Below the pieces are notes generated by a model. That model was not told the origin of the DNA and did not search any database. It saw only the letters and a list, made by a program, of their open reading frames with translations. A program made the position numbers and the translations under genes. Positions 58,982-64,000 of a stretch of DNA of 64,000 bases are shown here, piece after piece. Source of the stretch: Bacteriovoracaceae bacterium (GTDB lineage: Bacteria > Bdellovibrionota > Bacteriovoracia > Bacteriovoracales > Bacteriovoracaceae); contig JBLWTJ010000003.1 of assembly GCA_048270185.1 (NCBI GenBank), forward strand, positions 192,001-256,000, written 5' to 3'. Numbering within the stretch: the first letter of the stretch is position 1; each line of letters starts with the position of its first letter.

Positions 58982-60208
58982 ATGGCAGCTTTCGAAAATC
59001 CCAGTGAAGAAAAATTAGAACGAAATTTAAAATACTATCTCAGCTTTGTGGCCCTTGGTGTTCTTACTGGCCTTGCCTCATCAATTTTTCTCTATCTTTT
59101 AAAACTAGTTACAACTCTTAGATTTAAGTACTCATGGTTAATCTATCTTCTTCCTTTTGCCATGGTAGCTGTGAATTTTGCATATAAGAAGCTTTCACCA
59201 TTAAGTGAAAAGGGAAATAATTTAATTATTGATGAAATTCATCATCCTAAAAAGGATATCCCTTTAGTGATGATACCTCTTATTCTTTTTTCAACTCTAA
59301 TCTCACATCTTTTTGGCGCCAGTGTTGGGCGAGAGGGAAGTGCTGTTCAAATGGGAGGAGCAATTGGAAACTATCTCTCAAAACTCTTTAAGCACAGCTC
59401 TAGAAAGCGCGCAGTCTTACTTATGGCCGGCTGTGGGGCCGGTTTTGGAACGGCAATTGGTGCACCTCTTGCTGGTGCTATTTTTGGAATTGAGGCCATC
59501 TACCTAAATGCAAAGATAAAGGCATCCACATTTATTGAATGCTTAATTGCTTCGTATGTTGGTTATTATACAACTCATTTACTTCATGCACCTCACTCAA
59601 CTTACTTAAAGTTTTCTGTGATTCAATTTCATTGGGACTGGGTTTTCTATTCTCTTATTGCGGGCCTTGCTTTTGGTTTAGTGGCGCGCTCTTTTGTCTT
59701 AGTTGTCGATTACTCTAAGAATTCATTAAATAAATTAAAGAGACCGCTAACGATGACATTTATCGGAAGTACCATTCTCATAATTGCCTACTACTTTTTG
59801 AATGACATTAGTAACCAACGCTATACAGGTCTTGGTATTGAAGTCATTCAACAAGGCTTAAATGAAATTCTGTCTTTTAAAGATTCAATTCTTAAATTTA
59901 TCCTAACAGTAATTTCACTTGTGGCAGGCATTAAAGGGGGAGAGTTCACTCCGCTTGTCTATATCGGAACGACTCTTGGATCTTCTCTTTCATCAGTCAT
60001 TGGAATAGATCCACATTTACTTGCGGCCGTTGGATTTTGCGCAGTTTTTGCAGCAGCTTCAAATACTCCACTTGCTTGTATCGTTATGGGAGTCGAAATT
60101 TTCGGCCTTGAATTACTACCTTACTTAACTGTTGCAATTATTGTTGCCCAGTTTGTTTCTGGTAGAGAAACGATTTACTCATCTCAGATTATTGAAAAGT
60201 TTAAATAG
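58982..60208 (+). CDS. CLC family anion transporter, fluoride-type (CLC-F) signatures
   Basis: GNNLI, GREGSAV, GGEFTP. Confidence 0.88.
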   Translation: MAAFENPSEEKLERNLKYYLSFVALGVLTGLASSIFLYLLKLVTTLRFKYSWLIYLLPFAMVAVNFAYKKLSPLSEKGNNLIIDEIHHPKKDIPLVMIPLILFSTLISHLFGASVGREGSAVQMGGAIGNYLSKLFKHSSRKRAVLLMAGCGAGFGTAIGAPLAGAIFGIEAIYLNAKIKASTFIECLIASYVGYYTTHLLHAPHSTYLKFSVIQFHWDWVFYSLIAGLAFGLVARSFVLVVDYSKNSLNKLKRPLTMTFIGSTILIIAYYFLNDISNQRYTGLGIEVIQQGLNEILSFKDSILKFILTVISLVAGIKGGEFTPLVYIGTTLGSSLSSVIGIDPHLLAAVGFCAVFAAASNTPLACIVMGVEIFGLELLPYLTVAIIVAQFVSGRETIYSSQIIEKFK

Positions 60209-60325
60209 TTGACTAAAATGCTTTCTGACTTATTCTGGCAAGTTAATTTTTTTTCTTCACAATCAGTTTTTTAATTTTCTATAATAACTTGTTTATTTAA
60301 AAAAATACTTTTCAGGGAGGAAAGG

Positions 60326-61195
60326 ATGAGAAAATCAACGCTAATGATTGCTCTTATTGCTGCAATCTTTTCTATTCAATCTTACTCATGCGATATACAT
60401 GGGAAAACAGGAATCATGCCAGAAAACGATTTATACAGAGGAGTTGATGCTCTTACTGGTAATGGTATGACAGAAGAACTATTCAACATCATCATTGATC
60501 GTGCAAACGAAGTTTATGCGCCAGTTGTTGAAACTGAAGGTGCTAACCTTAAATTTCACCGTAAATGGGAAGATGGAACTGTAAACGCTTATGCAAACCA
60601 ACAAGGTTCAACTTGGAATGTTCACATGTTTGGTGGTCTAGCACGTCACGAGCTAGTATCTCCAGATGGATTTGCTCTTGTAGTATGTCACGAACTTGGT
60701 CACCACCTTGCAGGTGCTCCAAAAATCAAAAGATTTTGGATTCCTTCATGGGCATCAAACGAAGGTCAATCTGACTACTGGGCATCACTTAAGTGTTTCA
60801 GAAGAATTTTCCAAGACGATAACAACGCTGGTATCGTAGCTAAAATGGAAATTGATCCAGAAGTTGAAAAGAAGTGTAACGCAATCTGGTCTGATGAAAA
60901 TGAAAATGCTCTTTGTAAGAGAATGGCACAGGCTTCAAAAGGTCTAGCAACTCTTCTTAACTCAGGACGCTCTGTATCTTTCACAACTCCAGATTCATCT
61001 ATTGTATCTAAGACTGATGACAAGCACCCAGCTGGTCAATGTCGTCTAGATACTTACTTCCAAGGAGCTCTTTGTAATAAAGACCTAAACGAAGACGTAT
61101 CAAAAACTGATGCAACTGTTGGTACTTGTAATAGAGTAGATAATTACGAAACTGGTATTAGACCACTATGTTGGTATAAGCCAAGCAGAATCTAA
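60326..61195 (+). CDS. secreted zinc metallopeptidase (M48-like)
   Basis: Signal peptide, VNAYA, CHELGHH, NEGQSDY, HP...R. Confidence 0.8.
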   Translation: MRKSTLMIALIAAIFSIQSYSCDIHGKTGIMPENDLYRGVDALTGNGMTEELFNIIIDRANEVYAPVVETEGANLKFHRKWEDGTVNAYANQQGSTWNVHMFGGLARHELVSPDGFALVVCHELGHHLAGAPKIKRFWIPSWASNEGQSDYWASLKCFRRIFQDDNNAGIVAKMEIDPEVEKKCNAIWSDENENALCKRMAQASKGLATLLNSGRSVSFTTPDSSIVSKTDDKHPAGQCRLDTYFQGALCNKDLNEDVSKTDATVGTCNRVDNYETGIRPLCWYKPSRI

Positions 61196-61221
61196 TTATA
61201 ATTACAAAAAGAAATAAAGTG

Positions 61222-61249
61222 AAAGGCAGGTCATTGACCTGCCTTTTTT
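61222..61249. terminator. intrinsic terminator
   Basis: aaaggcaggtc-att-gacctgccttt followed by a T-run. Confidence 0.85.
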
Positions 61250-61260
61250 ATTTTCATTCT

Positions 61261-62565
61261 CTATAAGTTGATTACTTCTTTAATTTTTTCGATATCCCCG
61301 TCAATAGTATATTGATTATCAAGACCTAGAAGCCTCAATAAGAGTGGGAAGATGTGGATATTTGATTTTGATTCAGCAATAAAGTTTTTCTTAAAGTCTG
61401 GACCTTGCGCATAGAAAATTCCATGCATACTCATATCTGAAAACTGGTCCCACCCGTGTGTCGCCTTAGGAAATTTAAAGTCAGTTGCCGCAATCCAATA
61501 ACCAGACTTTGCAATACAAGCAATATCACCAACTCTTGGGTTCGAGTTGAAGTTTAATTGCGTCGGCGTTTCACTTTTTGAGTAACACTTAAAGTTTTGG
61601 GCCTTGCTATTGATGGCGACAATATCAGCTTTAATATTTCGGCCCTTCTGTTTTAGATAGAATTGAACAATTGGGCCTGCACCGTATATACGATAATCTT
61701 CTTTTATCTCGTGTAGTTTACTTGTCTTTAGGATGAGCTCTTTCTTATTTTCATCAACATCTTTCATTCCGTGATCTGAGACGATGATAATATTAATATT
61801 TGGAATTATCCCTCTTACTTTTGTCACTAGTTCTTCAAGAGAGCGATCAACTTTAATAATGGCATCTTTTACTTCTTGAGATTCAACACCGTGGTGATGT
61901 CCAGCTGAGTCCACATCTGGAAAATAGAGAGTTGTAAATGATGGCCTTCTTTCAATTGGAAGTTTCATCCATTCAACAATTTGTGCAATACGATCTTGGT
62001 GAGGCATTGAGTGAATATACTCGTACCAATATGTCGGTCTCTTTCCTGAAATTTCTGCTTCTGAGCCTGGCCAAAATAGTGTTGCGGTTCTTAGTCCTTG
62101 CTCTTCTGCTGCTGTCCAAATTGGAGTTGCCAGATAGAAGTCTGAGTTACCAACGGCCTTGCGATCTTTAAGAGAATAGCTAAGCTTAAGCTCTGGAGCA
62201 TAGAACGAGTTAGCAACAATTCCATGATTCATTGGATAGCGTCCCGTTACAATGGAGAGGTGATTCGGGAAAGTCTTTGTAGGATAGGAAGAGATTAGAC
62301 TTTTTAGTTGGGCCCCTTCTTTTGCAAATTGTGAAATAAACTTTGGCCGATACTTTGCTGTGTAGTCAAATCGGTATCCATCAAGAGAAATCAATAGGAC
62401 TGGATTGATCTGCTGAAGTTCTTCCTTTGAAATACTTGATACCTTAGAGCTCTTTGCTTGCTCTTCAAAGTTATCATTTTCAATGTGATAGCTATTCTTG
62501 TAAGTTGATTTCTTCGGGCTACAAGCTATTAGAAGAACAAGTAAGGCCCATTTCATTTTAAACAT
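61261..62565 (-). CDS. nucleotide pyrophosphatase/phosphodiesterase (alkaline phosphatase superfamily) lipoprotein
   Basis: Lipobox LIAC, ISLDGYR, PTKTFPNH..IVTG, DSAGH, SDHGM, HGW. Confidence 0.93.
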   Translation of the reverse strand: MFKMKWALLVLLIACSPKKSTYKNSYHIENDNFEEQAKSSKVSSISKEELQQINPVLLISLDGYRFDYTAKYRPKFISQFAKEGAQLKSLISSYPTKTFPNHLSIVTGRYPMNHGIVANSFYAPELKLSYSLKDRKAVGNSDFYLATPIWTAAEEQGLRTATLFWPGSEAEISGKRPTYWYEYIHSMPHQDRIAQIVEWMKLPIERRPSFTTLYFPDVDSAGHHHGVESQEVKDAIIKVDRSLEELVTKVRGIIPNINIIIVSDHGMKDVDENKKELILKTSKLHEIKEDYRIYGAGPIVQFYLKQKGRNIKADIVAINSKAQNFKCYSKSETPTQLNFNSNPRVGDIACIAKSGYWIAATDFKFPKATHGWDQFSDMSMHGIFYAQGPDFKKNFIAESKSNIHIFPLLLRLLGLDNQYTIDGDIEKIKEVINL

Positions 62566-62629
62566 TTAAAATCCCTTGTTATGAATAATCATATTTTAAG
62601 GGATGAACCGAACTTTTGTATATTAGGAA

Positions 62630-62791
62630 TTAATAACAGTTATAATCATCGAAATCGATATCAGTGTGCTTAAGTTTTAGCTCTCTAATATGGTCTAGAG
62701 GAATATCAAATTCTTGACGAAAAGCTCCATCAATATCTTTTGTGAAAATAATTCCGTCAATAACTCGGTACTCAATTGTCTCAATAGTCAT
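62630..62791 (-). CDS. small acidic protein, 53 aa (not in ORF track)
   Basis: AGGAG RBS, then MTIETIEYRVIDGIIFTKDIDGAFRQEFDIPLDHIRELKLKHTDIDFDDYNCY*. Confidence 0.6.
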   Translation of the reverse strand: MTIETIEYRVIDGIIFTKDIDGAFRQEFDIPLDHIRELKLKHTDIDFDDYNCY

Positions 62792-62905
62792 AATTCCAAT
62801 CTCCTGCATGGGGAAATTCTAATCATATGCTTAAGACTGAACAAGTTAAGTTTTCTTAAGAAATTAAGATAAATTAATAAATCTTTAGACTAACTTAAGG
62901 GAAAT

Positions 62906-63895
62906 CTATCTCTTAAAAAAAGGATGGACTCCTACACCAGTGTAATCACTTGTAATATAGAAAACCACTACAATGAAGGCAGTAACGATAATACTCGAGA
63001 TGAGAAGGGTATACTTATCACTAACTCCTTTGCGCTCAAGCCATGTCACAAGACGACTTTGGGCCAAAATGCCAATTATAATGGTAAAGGCAAAGAGTAG
63101 AGCAGTTGAGATAAGTGTTAAAGAAATATTTGAAAAGTTTGAGTAGTCCTTCTTACTGTCGTATTTAGGACTTTGCTCTTTTTTTTTGTAATTTTCTGGA
63201 AGAATTAGCTCGCCACCAGTGGTCTTGGTGTCGAGCTCAACTTCTCTTTGTACTGAATTTGTTGGAAGGTAGAATCTTGAAAAAGCAGGTTTATCATTTG
63301 ACTCATAGGCTTCGATAACGAAGTTAATTTCAACTTCTTCTCCCACGACGAGTCCTGCATCAAATTTCTTGCTCCAATTAATTCCAAAATCAAAACGATT
63401 GATTTTGAAACTTCCTTGATAATAACTACCATCTTTATTTGTCCAAGGGTCTTTGCGCTCTCCAAGATACTTAATCATTACTGGAACGATCTTTTTCTTA
63501 TCTTTGATAATTAATTCAATCTTGGCCTGAGCTTCTTTTGAGTTTAAATCAATAGGCCCAGTCGCTTTAAACTTGATGAGAGGATAGTTCTTTAAATCAA
63601 AGAAATCTTTCTTCTTAAGGTGTTGGTCGCGCTTCTTATCAAATGTATTGATGCTCTTAACGTCAATTTCTCCTTGTAGAGAAGTGATCTTTTGATCCTT
63701 CTTTTCAAAGAAAATTTTATAATCATCAAATTGTCCCTCAACATCAGTTAAGGCCATATATTTTACTTTAAATTTTAGTTTAGAGTGTTCCTTATTAACA
63801 AGGTAAGTTGAAGCTTGTAGTTGGAAAGAGAATAGTAGGGCAAAAAAAAAGTGCCACTTAAGGCACCCTTTAAAATTATTTAACGTAAGCGTCAT
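62906..63895 (-). CDS. YceI family protein with C-terminal two-TM extension
   Basis: HSKLKFKVKYM...VEGQF, SINT...KRDQHL...DFFD...YP.I.F, DPW, INRFDFGI; start uncertain (63895 or 63907). Confidence 0.85.
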   Translation of the reverse strand: MTLTLNNFKGCLKWHFFFALLFSFQLQASTYLVNKEHSKLKFKVKYMALTDVEGQFDDYKIFFEKKDQKITSLQGEIDVKSINTFDKKRDQHLKKKDFFDLKNYPLIKFKATGPIDLNSKEAQAKIELIIKDKKKIVPVMIKYLGERKDPWTNKDGSYYQGSFKINRFDFGINWSKKFDAGLVVGEEVEINFVIEAYESNDKPAFSRFYLPTNSVQREVELDTKTTGGELILPENYKKKEQSPKYDSKKDYSNFSNISLTLISTALLFAFTIIIGILAQSRLVTWLERKGVSDKYTLLISSIIVTAFIVVVFYITSDYTGVGVHPFFKR

Positions 63896-64000
63896 TATAG
63901 TCCTCAATTCCTAAGTCGATTACTTTCATCGCAGTTTCGGCACCGTATGTATCAGTGATTTCAACTTTAGCATTCCCGTCTGTAACAGGGATTTCTTTGT
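63876..64000 (-). CDS. 3' end of a gene entering from beyond the window
   Basis: Open frame ...KEIPVTDGNAKVEITDTYGAETAMKVIDLGIEDYNDAYVK*. Confidence 0.5.
   Translation of the reverse strand, partial: KEIPVTDGNAKVEITDTYGAETAMKVIDLGIEDYNDAYVK

Overview
This is an AT-rich bacterial chromosomal window. Its gene content fits a predatory Bdellovibrionota of the Halobacteriovorax/Bacteriovorax type (inference): a dispersed Flp/Tad pilus locus, many signal-peptide hypotheticals, RxPAS motifs and sigma28-like promoters. Most genes are housekeeping: pdxH, sodB, nuoBCDI, plsC, ettA, lysC, manC, queC, pgm, ilvE, pyk, queG, lplA, frmA/fghA, gloA, plus tRNA-Val(GAC) and tRNA-Phe(GAA). I saw no CRISPR array, integrase, IS element or rRNA. 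The main oddities are: (1) pyruvate kinase fused to a C-terminal ferredoxin domain, with an A10 tract exactly at the domain junction; (2) a DEAD-box helicase fused to a complete Jag_N-KH-R3H (EloR/KhpB-like) module; (3) a 41-aa highly basic gene, missed by the ORF track, sitting antisense inside the Tad pilus locus; (4) a secreted kinase-like protein behind a sigma54-type promoter; (5) two long intergenic rod-like RNA folds and two hairpins that sequester a ribosome-binding site or start codon. All calls come from manual motif recognition; no searches or folding programs were run.
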